From a virus, in the IMG/VR virus record IMGVR_UViG_3300028197_001024, positions 10,468 through 74,467 of that record: a stretch of 64,000 nucleotides of DNA; one strand, given 5' to 3'. The translations under genes were made by a program, and so were the position numbers. Below, piece after piece: positions 1 to 10,041 of this stretch. Below the pieces are notes generated by a model. It was given only the letters and a program-made list of their open reading frames with translations. It was not told where the DNA came from and searched no databases. How positions within the stretch are numbered: the stretch's first letter is position 1; every line of letters starts with the position of its first letter.

Positions 1-52
1 ACTCTGGTAGTCAAGTAGAATTAGATTGGTTAGTGACTCAAATAAATAATAT

Positions 53-1102
53 ATGAATCTAGACTATACTAAGTTACTTAATCGTAATCCTATTTCTACC
101 GATCTTGATAAAATCCAAGAATACATAAAAGGAAAAAGAATACTTGTTACAGGTGGTGCTGGCTCAATAGGTAGTGAAATTGTACATCAACTTGTAAAAT
201 TTGGTGCTTCTACTGTTACTGTTTATGATAATGCCGAGGCTTCTGTTTTTCATTTAGAACAAGAGATAAGCAAATTATATCCTAAGTCTCATATTAAATA
301 TGTAATAGGTGATGTAAGAGATAAGTATAGATTAGAAGAAGTTTTTGATTCCTTTAAGCCTAGTATAGTTTTTCATGCAGCTGCTTATAAACATGTGCCA
401 ATGATGGAGGCTAATCCAGTTGAAGCAATAAAGACTAATGTATTAGGTACTATGAATGTCTCAAATATCTCATATATGAATGAGGTAGAAAAATTTGTAA
501 TGGTATCAACTGATAAAGCAGTTAATCCAACAAACATAATGGGTGCAACTAAAAGAATTGCAGAATTATATACTCAGTTTTTAGAAACAAAATCAGCAAC
601 TAAATTTATTGTTACAAGATTTGGTAATGTATTAGGATCTATAGGCTCTGTAATTCCAACATTTATAAAACAGATTGAAGGAGGAGGACCGGTTAGTGTT
701 ACTCATAGAGAAGTTATTAGATATTTTATGACTATACCTGAAGCATGCCAATTAGTATTACAGGCAAGTGTACTAGGAGAAGGTGGTGAAATATTATTAT
801 TTGATATGGGAGAACCTGTAAGTATTACAGATTTAGCAAAAAATTTAATAAAACATTTTAATAGTGATGCTAAAATAGAATATGTAGGATTAAGACCAGG
901 TGAAAAATTATATGAAGAACTGTTATGTGATGGTGAAAATATGGTACCTACCGATGATCATAATATTATGAAGTTAAACCACGAGGCTTATGATTTTAAA
1001 ACTTTAATACCTAAAATAGAAAAGCTATCAAAAATAAGATCAAATGATTTTTATAAAATACTCTTGTTAATGAAAAGTATTGTACCAGAATTTAAAAGAT
1101 AA
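53..1102 (+). CDS. UDP-GlcNAc 4,6-dehydratase (PglF/CapD-like catalytic domain)
   Basis: TGGAGSIGSE Rossmann motif, FHAAAYKHVP, STDKAVNP, MGATKR, RFGNVLGS, RPGEKLYEEL. Confidence 0.92.
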   Translation: MNLDYTKLLNRNPISTDLDKIQEYIKGKRILVTGGAGSIGSEIVHQLVKFGASTVTVYDNAEASVFHLEQEISKLYPKSHIKYVIGDVRDKYRLEEVFDSFKPSIVFHAAAYKHVPMMEANPVEAIKTNVLGTMNVSNISYMNEVEKFVMVSTDKAVNPTNIMGATKRIAELYTQFLETKSATKFIVTRFGNVLGSIGSVIPTFIKQIEGGGPVSVTHREVIRYFMTIPEACQLVLQASVLGEGGEILLFDMGEPVSITDLAKNLIKHFNSDAKIEYVGLRPGEKLYEELLCDGENMVPTDDHNIMKLNHEAYDFKTLIPKIEKLSKIRSNDFYKILLLMKSIVPEFKR

Positions 1103-1104
1103 AT

Positions 1105-2175
1105 ATGATAAAAGAATTATTAGTTAATACGTTATCACCTGAAAATGGTACTTATTTTCATATAGAAAATTTAAATCAGTGGGCATCTAAAGTAGAACTT
1201 AATGGTAAATTAGAAACTATTGAAGTAAATGGTAAAATAGCTTCTTATGTTGCATACTATGTTAATGATGAGAGGTATTTTATTACAATGGTATGGACGG
1301 ATCCTATCCATCGAGGAAAGGGTCTTTCAAAAAAGATAATTAAAAAATTAGTATCATCAACAGATCTTCCAATTGATTTAAGAGTTCATAAAGATAACCC
1401 TGCATATTGGTTATATAGGAATCTTAAATTTGAAGACGTTTCAGTCCATGGTGAAGAAATAGAATTAAGAAGAGTTAAAAAGATAGGAGTTATGCAACCT
1501 TATCTTTTTCCTTATGCCGGTTATTTTGGTTTAATAAATTCATGCGATAAGATTTTGTTTTATGATGATGTTAATTTTATTATGAGAGGTTTTATTAATA
1601 GGCAAAAAATATTGGTAAATGGATCTTCTCATACATTTAATATTTGTTTAAGTAAAGCAAGCCACAATAAATTTATTAACGAAATTGATCTTTTAAATGA
1701 TAAAAGAAAAAATTTAAAGGTACTAAAGACAATAGAATCTTCTTATAAAAAGGCTCCTTATTTTAATGATGTTTATCCTATAATTGAAAAGGTCATTAAT
1801 AGCGATTATAAAAAGTTAGATGAATTGGTAATATCTTCTATAGTAAGTGTATGTGATTATTTAGGAATGGATATAAATTGGGAAAGATCCTCGGTTGCAG
1901 AAGGTGATACTTGTGGAATGGAAAGAGGTAAGCGCCTTACTCAAATAGCAAAAAACCAAGGTTTTAATAATTACATAAATGTTGGCCCATCAGAACTTTA
2001 CACAAAAGAACAATTTAAAAGAGATGGTATAAATTTATTTTTTAATAAACATAATGTTAAAGAATATGATCAATTTGAAAAGCCATTTTTATCTCACTTA
2101 TCATGTATAGATTTTCTCATGTTTAATTCAAAAAGAAAATGCAAAGAATTAATTTTAAGTTATAATGTAATATGA
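1105..2175 (+). CDS. GNAT acetyltransferase fused to a WbqC-like domain
   Basis: N-terminal HRGKGLS acetyl-CoA motif and NPAYWLY; C-terminal MQPYLFPYAGYF, YDDVNF, YKKAPYF, LSCIDFLM typical of WbqC. Confidence 0.8.
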   Translation: MIKELLVNTLSPENGTYFHIENLNQWASKVELNGKLETIEVNGKIASYVAYYVNDERYFITMVWTDPIHRGKGLSKKIIKKLVSSTDLPIDLRVHKDNPAYWLYRNLKFEDVSVHGEEIELRRVKKIGVMQPYLFPYAGYFGLINSCDKILFYDDVNFIMRGFINRQKILVNGSSHTFNICLSKASHNKFINEIDLLNDKRKNLKVLKTIESSYKKAPYFNDVYPIIEKVINSDYKKLDELVISSIVSVCDYLGMDINWERSSVAEGDTCGMERGKRLTQIAKNQGFNNYINVGPSELYTKEQFKRDGINLFFNKHNVKEYDQFEKPFLSHLSCIDFLMFNSKRKCKELILSYNVI

Positions 2176-3287
2176 AAAGAATTTACTTATCACCACCTCA
2201 TATGTCAGGTAAAGAACTTGACTACATAAAAGAAGCCTTTGATCAAAATTGGATTGCACCGATAGGACCTCATCTTAATTTATTTGAAGAAAAGGTAAAA
2301 GAATATACTGGTGCTAAGCACGCAGTAGCTGTTACTTCAGGTACTGCCGGTATTCATTTAGGATTAAATGTATTAGGAGTAGGAGAAGGTGACTATGTAA
2401 TATGTTCTTCTTTAACATTTATAGGAACTGTAAATCCAATATTATATTGTGGAGCTGAGCCTATTTTTATAGATTCGGAAGAAGGGTCATGGAATATGGA
2501 TCCTCTTTTATTAGAAAAGGCAATACTTAATTCTTCTGCTATAGGTAAAAAACCTAAAGCTATTATACCTGTTCATATTTTTGGTATACCTTGTAATATG
2601 GACGCAATAAAAAAATTATCAAATGAATATGACATACCTATTCTTGAAGATGCAGCAGAAAGTCTGGGATCTAAATTTAATAATCAACATACTGGAACCT
2701 TTGGCACTATTGGGGTTTATTCTTTTAATGGAAATAAATTATTATCTACCTCTGGTGGTGGAGTAATAATAACAGATAATAAAGAAAAGGCTAACAAGAT
2801 GAGGTTCTTGTCTACACAGGCAAAAGATCCTATGCCATATTATCATCACACTGAAATAGGATATAATTATAGAATGAGTAATGTACTTGCTGCTATTGGG
2901 GTTGGTCAAATGGAAGTAATAGAAGATAGAATCAAAAGGACTAGAGAAATGAATGAAACTTATAGAAAGGAATTAGGAAAATATTTTTATTCATTTCAAG
3001 AAGAGTTAGAAACAGATAGGTCTAACATGTGGTTAACATGTGCTATCTTAAATGCTGAAAATAAACCAGATGATTTAATTGCTCATTTAGAAAAAGATAA
3101 CATTGAAGCAAGAAGAATTTGGAAGCCTATGCATGAACAGCCAATTCTAACTAAGTATTTGAAATATATAAATGGAAATAGTTCTTTATTATTTTTACAA
3201 GGTATATGTTTACCATCTGGGTCTAATATGACTGATGTAGATTTAAAAAGAGTAATAAGGTCAATAAAAACATTTTTTAACAAATGA
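2172..3287 (+). CDS. DegT/DnrJ/EryC1/StrS family NDP-sugar aminotransferase (PglE-like)
   Basis: IYLSPPHM, SGTAGIHL, EDAAESLGS, SFNGNK PLP lysine, GYNYRMSN, CLPSG. Confidence 0.93.
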   Translation: MKRIYLSPPHMSGKELDYIKEAFDQNWIAPIGPHLNLFEEKVKEYTGAKHAVAVTSGTAGIHLGLNVLGVGEGDYVICSSLTFIGTVNPILYCGAEPIFIDSEEGSWNMDPLLLEKAILNSSAIGKKPKAIIPVHIFGIPCNMDAIKKLSNEYDIPILEDAAESLGSKFNNQHTGTFGTIGVYSFNGNKLLSTSGGGVIITDNKEKANKMRFLSTQAKDPMPYYHHTEIGYNYRMSNVLAAIGVGQMEVIEDRIKRTREMNETYRKELGKYFYSFQEELETDRSNMWLTCAILNAENKPDDLIAHLEKDNIEARRIWKPMHEQPILTKYLKYINGNSSLLFLQGICLPSGSNMTDVDLKRVIRSIKTFFNK

Positions 3288-4180
3288 TAAATTTTGAAGA
3301 TTTCAAATTATTAGAGTCTTATATAGGAGAAGAAAACTTTGAAATTTTACTAGAAAAAAATCTTACTAGTGAAATTAACAAAAAGATTAAATTTGGTGTT
3401 GTGATGGCAACTCATAAGATAGCAGATGGTAGCGCTCAGACAGGCAGACAGAAGTACATGGATACACCTGCTATATTAAAAGATTCTTTAGGTTCAATCA
3501 AAAACCAAAAGTATGATAATTATGTAGTTTATTTAATTGGGGATAAATATGACGGTGACGAAGAAATTAAGACTGTAATGGATAGCGTAATTCCTAAAGG
3601 TAAACTTAAATATCACAATCTATCTACACCCGGTGAAAGAAATAAAGGTTTTACTAAAAAACAATTTAGATATACTGCAGGCTGTGGTGCAGTAAATAAA
3701 GGTCTACAAATGGCAAAGAATGATGGTTGTGATTATATTGTTAGACTTGATCATGATGATAAATGGACACCTAATCATTTAGAACTTTTAGCAAAAGCAT
3801 ACACACAGTACCCTGAATTAGCATATGTATTTACTAGAAGCCGTAAAAAGGTAGATGCAACAAATAGTTCAAAAAAGTTTATGTACCAACCTAGAGATGA
3901 AAGACATACTAATTTAATAGAGCCTAATAATCTAGGATACACTCACGGTGATGTTAGTCATTCTGCAGTTTCATGGAGACCTTCTATGTGTGGAGATCTA
4001 AGGTATCGTGATGCTGATGCTCAATGTAATACCGAACCTAAAATATCTAAAGAAAAAACTAATCCTGCTGACGTTGATATGTTTAATAGAATGATGAAAG
4101 CTATAAAGGATAAAGGTCACAAATACATGTACATACCAAAACTTACCAGTTTCTATAGAAACAGAAAAGGTAAATTCTAA
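3284..4180 (+). CDS. GT2 family glycosyltransferase with possible capsid-targeting N-terminus
   Basis: GVVMATH, SIKNQKY, AVNKGL, RLDHDDKW (DxD) and HLE motifs; N-terminus MINFEDFKLLES. Confidence 0.75.
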   Translation: MINFEDFKLLESYIGEENFEILLEKNLTSEINKKIKFGVVMATHKIADGSAQTGRQKYMDTPAILKDSLGSIKNQKYDNYVVYLIGDKYDGDEEIKTVMDSVIPKGKLKYHNLSTPGERNKGFTKKQFRYTAGCGAVNKGLQMAKNDGCDYIVRLDHDDKWTPNHLELLAKAYTQYPELAYVFTRSRKKVDATNSSKKFMYQPRDERHTNLIEPNNLGYTHGDVSHSAVSWRPSMCGDLRYRDADAQCNTEPKISKEKTNPADVDMFNRMMKAIKDKGHKYMYIPKLTSFYRNRKGKF

Positions 4181-4181
4181 T

Positions 4182-4191
4182 GAATATATAA
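4182..4191 (+). promoter_or_regulatory. Putative late promoter GAATATATAA
   Basis: Same motif precedes many virion genes in the window. Confidence 0.55.
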
Positions 4192-4214
4192 AAAAACAAT
4201 AAAAATTAACTATT

Positions 4215-4391
4215 ATGGAAAAATTTGAAGAAATTAAAGCACTTATCGAATCAGTAGGTGAAGACGTAGATAAGTTCTATGCTAAAGGTAACAAAGCAGC
4301 TGCTGTGAGAATTAGAAAATCAATGCAAGAAGTTAAGAATCTTGCACAAGAATTAAGATTACACGTCCAAGAGACTAAGAACAATATGTAA
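4215..4391 (+). CDS. Histone H1-like protein (Hc1 family, Bacteroidota type), 58 aa; not in the ORF track
   Basis: Translated by hand: MEKFEEIKALIESVGEDVDKFYAKGNKAAAVRIRKSMQEVKNLAQELRLHVQETKNNM; KGNKAAxxRxRK signature. Confidence 0.8.
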   Translation: MEKFEEIKALIESVGEDVDKFYAKGNKAAAVRIRKSMQEVKNLAQELRLHVQETKNNM

Positions 4392-4410
4392 CCTTACATA
4401 ACCACCTTTA

Positions 4411-4443
4411 AAAGGGCTATCTTTAATTAGATAGTCCTTTTTT
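4411..4443 (+). terminator. Rho-independent terminator
   Basis: AAAGGGCTATCT-ttaatt-AGATAGTCCTTT followed by a T tract. Confidence 0.75.
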
Positions 4444-4467
4444 AGTTTTTATTATCCTATTATACTT

Positions 4468-4494
4468 GAAACTTTTTTTAAAACTTCTATATAA
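4468..4494 (+). promoter_or_regulatory. Putative middle promoter AAAC-N17-TATAA driving the sugar/DNA-modification operon
   Basis: GAAAC, 17 nt, TATAA; same geometry at 11 other sites. Confidence 0.6.
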
Positions 4495-4514
4495 TAATAA
4501 ATCAGTTAATTTAT

Positions 4515-5066
4515 ATGGAAAGGTGCTTAATATTAGATTTTGACGATACTTTAGTTTCAACTATAGATACTCATGCAAATTCTTGGAAACTTGCAATAGA
4601 AAGAGTTCTAAATAGAGATATTCCTATAGAAACAATAATGTCAGATATTAATTATGGCATGGACGTTCTATTAAAGAAATATCAACTAACCGAAAAGGAA
4701 TCTAAATTAGCACAAGATTATAAAAGAAAAATATTTTCAAAGAATCTCCATAAAACCAAAATAAATCAATTACTTTTATGGGTAATTAAAAATTCTAAAT
4801 TTGAAAAAGTTATTATAGCTTCTAATTCATCTAGAGAAAATGTAGATAGAATTATGGCTTACCATAATATAAGCCCTGATTTATTCGATCTTATTGTAAC
4901 TAGAGATGATGTTAAAAATAAAAAGCCACACTCAGAAATGGCAGATTTAATTTTTTCAGTATTTCATGGTTATGAACCTAATGATTTTCTTATGGTTGGT
5001 GATTCAGAAGTAGATTCAACATTCGCACTTAAAAACAAAATGAAATGCATACTGGTAAAGTTTTAG
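4515..5066 (+). CDS. HAD-family phosphatase
   Basis: DFDDTL motif I, SNS motif II, KKP and GDSEVD motifs. Confidence 0.88.
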   Translation: MERCLILDFDDTLVSTIDTHANSWKLAIERVLNRDIPIETIMSDINYGMDVLLKKYQLTEKESKLAQDYKRKIFSKNLHKTKINQLLLWVIKNSKFEKVIIASNSSRENVDRIMAYHNISPDLFDLIVTRDDVKNKKPHSEMADLIFSVFHGYEPNDFLMVGDSEVDSTFALKNKMKCILVKF

Positions 5067-5791
5067 TAGGAAATAGTGGAGATAGAGTATATCTTCAAGA
5101 TGACAAAGTTATTAAAGAAGCAGGTGTTTATCCTATAAAGTTTAAACAACAAATGGATTGGTTAGCAAACTGTACCCATCCTAATTTTATAAAAATTAAA
5201 CCTATTTCAGATACTTCATTTGAAATGAAAAAGTACCCTACATGGTATGACAAGATTTGTGAACAGCCTTTAATTAAATCAATTGATCAATTGGATGATC
5301 TTATTCATATTGCTAATGATTTTGATGGATATGGTGCTGATGTAGATACAAGATCATATTTAGATAAATTAGAAGGTAGAACCGGGTATAAGTATGAAGG
5401 TAATTTAGATGCGGCATCTTCATGGGGTTTTGTACACGGAGACTTAACAGTAAGCAATATTCTTTATGATAAAGATTTTATATTTATAGATCCAAGAGGC
5501 ACAGAAGAACAGAATTATTATGATTATGGAAAACTGATGCAATCATTTGTAATGAAATATGAGGCCCATATATACAATGAAAGGAATTCTAAATATCTTA
5601 AGTTCTGTAGAGAAGCTGAAAATATAATGTATGAATGGTATGACGAATATCAATTAAAATTCTTTTTAGCAGTTCACCTATTAGGGGCCGTGCCTTTCTT
5701 TGAGCTAAATGAAAGATATGAATTGGCTGGTATGTTCCTTAAAAAAGGTCATGAATTATTTGATGAATTAGAAATAAAATATAGTAAATGA
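5045..5791 (+). CDS. APH/choline-kinase-fold phosphotransferase (probable sugar kinase)
   Basis: GNSG, HGDLTVSNIL, FIDPRG, YDYGKL. Confidence 0.75.
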   Translation: MHTGKVLVGNSGDRVYLQDDKVIKEAGVYPIKFKQQMDWLANCTHPNFIKIKPISDTSFEMKKYPTWYDKICEQPLIKSIDQLDDLIHIANDFDGYGADVDTRSYLDKLEGRTGYKYEGNLDAASSWGFVHGDLTVSNILYDKDFIFIDPRGTEEQNYYDYGKLMQSFVMKYEAHIYNERNSKYLKFCREAENIMYEWYDEYQLKFFLAVHLLGAVPFFELNERYELAGMFLKKGHELFDELEIKYSK

Positions 5792-6492
5792 AAAGAGTAA
5801 GTAAAGCAATTATATTAGCAGCAGGTCGTTCAACAAGATATGGCAAAAACAAATTAGTAGATCCTATCTTAGGTAAATCAACTGTTGAATATTGTATTGA
5901 ATTTTGTATTGAGAATGGAATAGAAGATTGCTATATTACAATCAGTAAAGCAGATTTCTTTTTTAAAGATAACGTAAAACTTTCTCATCCTATTATTGAA
6001 AAACTAAACAAATACAAAAAGGATATTAATATCTTTTATGAATTTCAAAAGGATGATGAATATGGACCAGGCGCCGCTATAAAGGTTTGGTCTGGTAAAT
6101 TTAATGAAGCTTTCTTATGTTTATTTGGAGATAATTACTACCAAGGAAATATAGGATTAGAATATCATGATCCAAACAGTACAGTTGTTACTTATAAAGA
6201 TTATGAAACAAGAGCTAGGAATTTACAATTAGCATCTATATTAGAAAATGTTGTTATTGAAAAACCGCATGGAATTGTTTCAGGAAGGTACTTCTGTGGT
6301 TATATGATATTTTCAAAAGAAGCATTTAATAATCTTGACAGTATTAAAATGTCAAATAGAAATGAATATGAAATTACCCATTTGATTAACTCAATGGATA
6401 ATTTAAAATTTGAAGAATTAGATATATGTTGGTATGACTTAACATATGAAAATGATAAAGAAGTAATAGAAGAATTAATAAAAACATGTTAA
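5788..6492 (+). CDS. Sugar-1-phosphate nucleotidyltransferase (RmlA-like fold)
   Basis: AIILAAGRSTRY, FGDN, IEKP, SNRNEYEIT. Confidence 0.85.
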   Translation: MKRVSKAIILAAGRSTRYGKNKLVDPILGKSTVEYCIEFCIENGIEDCYITISKADFFFKDNVKLSHPIIEKLNKYKKDINIFYEFQKDDEYGPGAAIKVWSGKFNEAFLCLFGDNYYQGNIGLEYHDPNSTVVTYKDYETRARNLQLASILENVVIEKPHGIVSGRYFCGYMIFSKEAFNNLDSIKMSNRNEYEITHLINSMDNLKFEELDICWYDLTYENDKEVIEELIKTC

Positions 6493-7755
6493 ATGGAAAA
6501 TGTTAAAAAAATAGGTTTCTTTAAACTAGGTAAAGCGATTAAGTTTAATGAAAACAGTTGGAGTGCAATCGGTGGTGATTGTGAACCTAAACAATTAATC
6601 TGTTCAATTGCAAAAAGAAACCCTAATATTGAATATTGGTTATTAAGCCCAAATGATTTAGGTAAGTTTAGAGCTAAACAAAAACCTAAAGTAAATTCTT
6701 TATTTGGCCCTCCTCCTACAGATGAACCCGTAGTTCCTAATAATATTAAGGAATTTCATTCAACTATGAAGGAGAGAAAATCTACTGATGAAACTGTTGA
6801 AATTATTCAAGGTTTAGATTTAGATTTTATTTTCTTTTATACTGGTCCAACAAGTACCGTTAATATTCCAGAGTATATTAATAAGAAAGATGGTACTGGT
6901 CAAGTTAAGTCATTAGACTTCTTTAAGTATTATGCTGCTCCTATTATTAAATCAATGAATGAGTTGGAAAAGAAAGTTCCTATTGTTGGTTTACTTGTTG
7001 ATAACCGTTATATTCTTGCATGTAAAGACTGGGGAATTAATAATAGACCAACTTATTACTTAGCACAAAATACATTTACTAAAGAAGAACAATATTTCTG
7101 TAACCCACCACTAAGAGATGTTAAAACTATTACATCTACTTATGAATATTCAGGCATTGAAACGGTATTCTTATTAGATAAGAAAAGATATGATACTGAT
7201 GAATTATTTAAAATGAAAAAGACTGATTCATTTATGATGTTACAGAATCAAGGTAAAGGTTCAGGTGGAATGGATCGTTGGGATCCAGTAAAAGAATATA
7301 TTGTTGATCAAGAAATAGAGACTGATATTTACGGAAAATGGGATGATGAGATTAAGGAAATGTATCCTAAATGGTTTAAAGGAGAAACGAGAATTGAAAC
7401 AATGACCGATGAATTACTTGGTACTAAATATACATTCTGTGTACCTATTAAAGAAGGTATGGTAACCTCTAAGTATGCCGAAATGCTACACTATGGTATT
7501 ATACCATTCTTACACCCGTCTTACGACACCGACTTTAATGTCTTTCCAGAAGGTCATTTTATTAGATGTAAATCAGCAGAGGATTTAAAAAAGAAAATTG
7601 AATTCTTAAATGCAAACCCAGAGCATTATAAGAAATTATTTTATAACCTACAAGAAAAGTATCTTAAGGATTCTTATTATACCGGAGAACATGTAGACAA
7701 CAAGATCTGGGAATCTTATGAACGAGTAACTAAAACTGAAACTATAAATGTATAA
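6493..7755 (+). CDS. GT-B glycosyltransferase resembling T4 beta-glucosyltransferase (candidate DNA glycosyltransferase)
   Basis: C-terminal DIYGKW...VTSKYAEML..IIPFLHPSYDT...SAEDLKKKIEFL parallels the BGT C-domain; N-terminal KIGFFKLG; operon context. Confidence 0.6.
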   Translation: MENVKKIGFFKLGKAIKFNENSWSAIGGDCEPKQLICSIAKRNPNIEYWLLSPNDLGKFRAKQKPKVNSLFGPPPTDEPVVPNNIKEFHSTMKERKSTDETVEIIQGLDLDFIFFYTGPTSTVNIPEYINKKDGTGQVKSLDFFKYYAAPIIKSMNELEKKVPIVGLLVDNRYILACKDWGINNRPTYYLAQNTFTKEEQYFCNPPLRDVKTITSTYEYSGIETVFLLDKKRYDTDELFKMKKTDSFMMLQNQGKGSGGMDRWDPVKEYIVDQEIETDIYGKWDDEIKEMYPKWFKGETRIETMTDELLGTKYTFCVPIKEGMVTSKYAEMLHYGIIPFLHPSYDTDFNVFPEGHFIRCKSAEDLKKKIEFLNANPEHYKKLFYNLQEKYLKDSYYTGEHVDNKIWESYERVTKTETINV

Positions 7756-8770
7756 TTCCGAAACAAAAATCCTAGTCACTGGTGGTGCTGGGTTCGTTGG
7801 TACAAATTTTATTAACGATTTATTAAATAGAGGTCATAATCCAAAATGCATTGCGGTTATTGATAACATGGAGCACGGTACTTATATTGCAAAGGTACAT
7901 GACCAAATTGAAAATTTTCATAAAGTAGATATTAGAAATCAATATGTAGAAAACATTATCCAAGAGTTTTCACCCGATTATGTTTACCACTTTGCTGGTT
8001 TAGTTTCTATTTATGACTGCCATGAAGATCCGTATGAAGCCGTAGATAATAATATCTTAGGAAGTATTAATGTAATGAATGGTTGTGTAAAGGCAGATGT
8101 AAAAAGAATTATCTTTAGTGAAACTTCTGCAGTATATGAAAATTGTGAAATGCCTAAAGAAGGATTTAACGAAAAGCAATCTGATCCTACTACAATTTAT
8201 TCTACTACTAAAGCATGCCTTGCTCTATTGGCAGAATCATATCAGAGAACTAAAGGTTTAAATTATACTGCATTAAGATACTTTAATGTTGCAGGGCCTC
8301 TACAAGATTATAATAGAACCATCCCACCTGTATTTGCTGGGTTTATTTTAAGAATTAAAGGTAATCATAATCCTATAGTGTTTGGTGATTATATGAAAGC
8401 AAGAGATTATATTGATGTATCTGATGTTAATGCATTTCATATTCTTTGTATGGAAAATGAAAACACTGCAAACCAAACATTTAATTTAGGTACTGGTAAA
8501 ATGACAAACTTAATGGATCTTAAAAATATGATTGGTGAGATTATGGGAGTTGGTGAACCTACATTTGATCACTATGATCCTATTGCAGGTGAAGCTCTAA
8601 ATATTAGAGGAGATATTTCTAAAGCTAAGTCAATGGGATGGGAACCTAAAAAAGATATCAGAGATACGATAAAAGAAACGATAGTTTATCTTGAAGAAGA
8701 AATTAACCAAGGGACTATTGATCCACTAACATTTATGGAAAATTTAGAAATCGAAAAAGTAAAAATTTAA
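7748..8770 (+). CDS. NAD-dependent NDP-sugar epimerase/dehydratase (GalE-like SDR)
   Basis: TGGAGFVG, YSTTK (YxxxK), LRYFNVAG, RDYIDVSD, FNLGTG. Confidence 0.9.
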   Translation: MYNSETKILVTGGAGFVGTNFINDLLNRGHNPKCIAVIDNMEHGTYIAKVHDQIENFHKVDIRNQYVENIIQEFSPDYVYHFAGLVSIYDCHEDPYEAVDNNILGSINVMNGCVKADVKRIIFSETSAVYENCEMPKEGFNEKQSDPTTIYSTTKACLALLAESYQRTKGLNYTALRYFNVAGPLQDYNRTIPPVFAGFILRIKGNHNPIVFGDYMKARDYIDVSDVNAFHILCMENENTANQTFNLGTGKMTNLMDLKNMIGEIMGVGEPTFDHYDPIAGEALNIRGDISKAKSMGWEPKKDIRDTIKETIVYLEEEINQGTIDPLTFMENLEIEKVKI

Positions 8771-8771
8771 T

Positions 8772-10034
8772 ATGGAAAAAGAATTAAAATGGGGTACTAT
8801 GATTCCGTTAATCGGTGGGAGTGCAATAGGTTGTAAAAAATCTGCAGGTAATGAGCCAGCATTTCATTTAAGCTATGAAGCAATGGCTGCTAATGAAAGT
8901 CATATCGAAAAATATTGGCCAGAAGTACCTATGTACAGATTAGATCATGAAGATTTAGATATACCTGAGAAAACATTTCAAGAAGTAGATTATGTAAATT
9001 CTGTTTGCCCGTGTGCAGGTTTGTCACAGTTAAATTCTGCGAAAGGTAGTGCATCATCTAGAGGATCCGATGCGGTTCAAAATCAATGGATGTATAATTC
9101 AGCAGAGTATGTTTTGGAGAATGTTAAACCTAAAGTACTTTGGGGAGAAAATGCACCAGGGCTTTTTACTAAAATGGGAGAAGGTGTTGTTGACAATCTT
9201 AAAGCCATCGGTGAGAAATATGGATATAGCTTTTCATTAATTAAAACTAACACTGAGTTGCATGGAATTCCACAAAGAAGAATAAGAACATTTTATTTCT
9301 TTTGGAATACACCAACAGTTCCTATGTTAAGTTGGAAGTTTAGAGAAAAGAAAAATCTTATTGATTATCTTAATGAAATACCAGAAGATGCTACACAACA
9401 GGATATGTTTATGGTTGAAGGCAAAGTCAGTGATCATTTTAAACCTTACGAATATGTTTTAGAAAAAGAAGGTTTAACGCATTCTGAATTTGCTGCCAAA
9501 TTTAAAAAGGGTACTATCGCTCAATATCTAGAAAAGAATGAATTAATACCTGATTGTATTAAATGGTTAGAAAAACATTATCCTAAAAGAGGGTTTTCAA
9601 ATAAAAAATCTACAAAGACTTTTATTGATATGCTAGAACACCAAGAATACAAAACGAGCCAAGGTTTAGGTTACTGGGATGCATCACCGCATTTCTTCCA
9701 TGATTCTTTTTCTGCCCTTATAGGTAGAAACATGTTTAATGGTGTTCATCCTATAGAAAACAGATATCTTAATGTAAGAGAAATGCTTCACTTAATGGGG
9801 CTACCTTTAGATTTTGGTATTGAAAGTTCAAGGCAAGTAAATCATATTGCACAAAATGTACCAGTTACTACTGCAATGGATATGGCAGATGAAGTAAAGA
9901 AATTTTGTAATGGAGAAGCTAAGATGACAAATTACACCTTCTTAAAACAAGATAATACTAGTCACAAAATAATTGACTCTACTGAAATTGGAGCAGAACC
10001 AAAAAAGAAGTATAAAGTAAAAAGTATAATTTAA
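8772..10034 (+). CDS. DNA cytosine-C5 methyltransferase-fold protein with atypical motif I
   Basis: Motif IV CPCAGLS, VI ENAPGL, VIII PQRRIRTF, IX RYLNVRE, X IAQNVP; motif I reads IPLIGG rather than FxGxGG. Confidence 0.8.
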   Translation: MEKELKWGTMIPLIGGSAIGCKKSAGNEPAFHLSYEAMAANESHIEKYWPEVPMYRLDHEDLDIPEKTFQEVDYVNSVCPCAGLSQLNSAKGSASSRGSDAVQNQWMYNSAEYVLENVKPKVLWGENAPGLFTKMGEGVVDNLKAIGEKYGYSFSLIKTNTELHGIPQRRIRTFYFFWNTPTVPMLSWKFREKKNLIDYLNEIPEDATQQDMFMVEGKVSDHFKPYEYVLEKEGLTHSEFAAKFKKGTIAQYLEKNELIPDCIKWLEKHYPKRGFSNKKSTKTFIDMLEHQEYKTSQGLGYWDASPHFFHDSFSALIGRNMFNGVHPIENRYLNVREMLHLMGLPLDFGIESSRQVNHIAQNVPVTTAMDMADEVKKFCNGEAKMTNYTFLKQDNTSHKIIDSTEIGAEPKKKYKVKSII

Positions 10035-10041
10035 ATTAATT

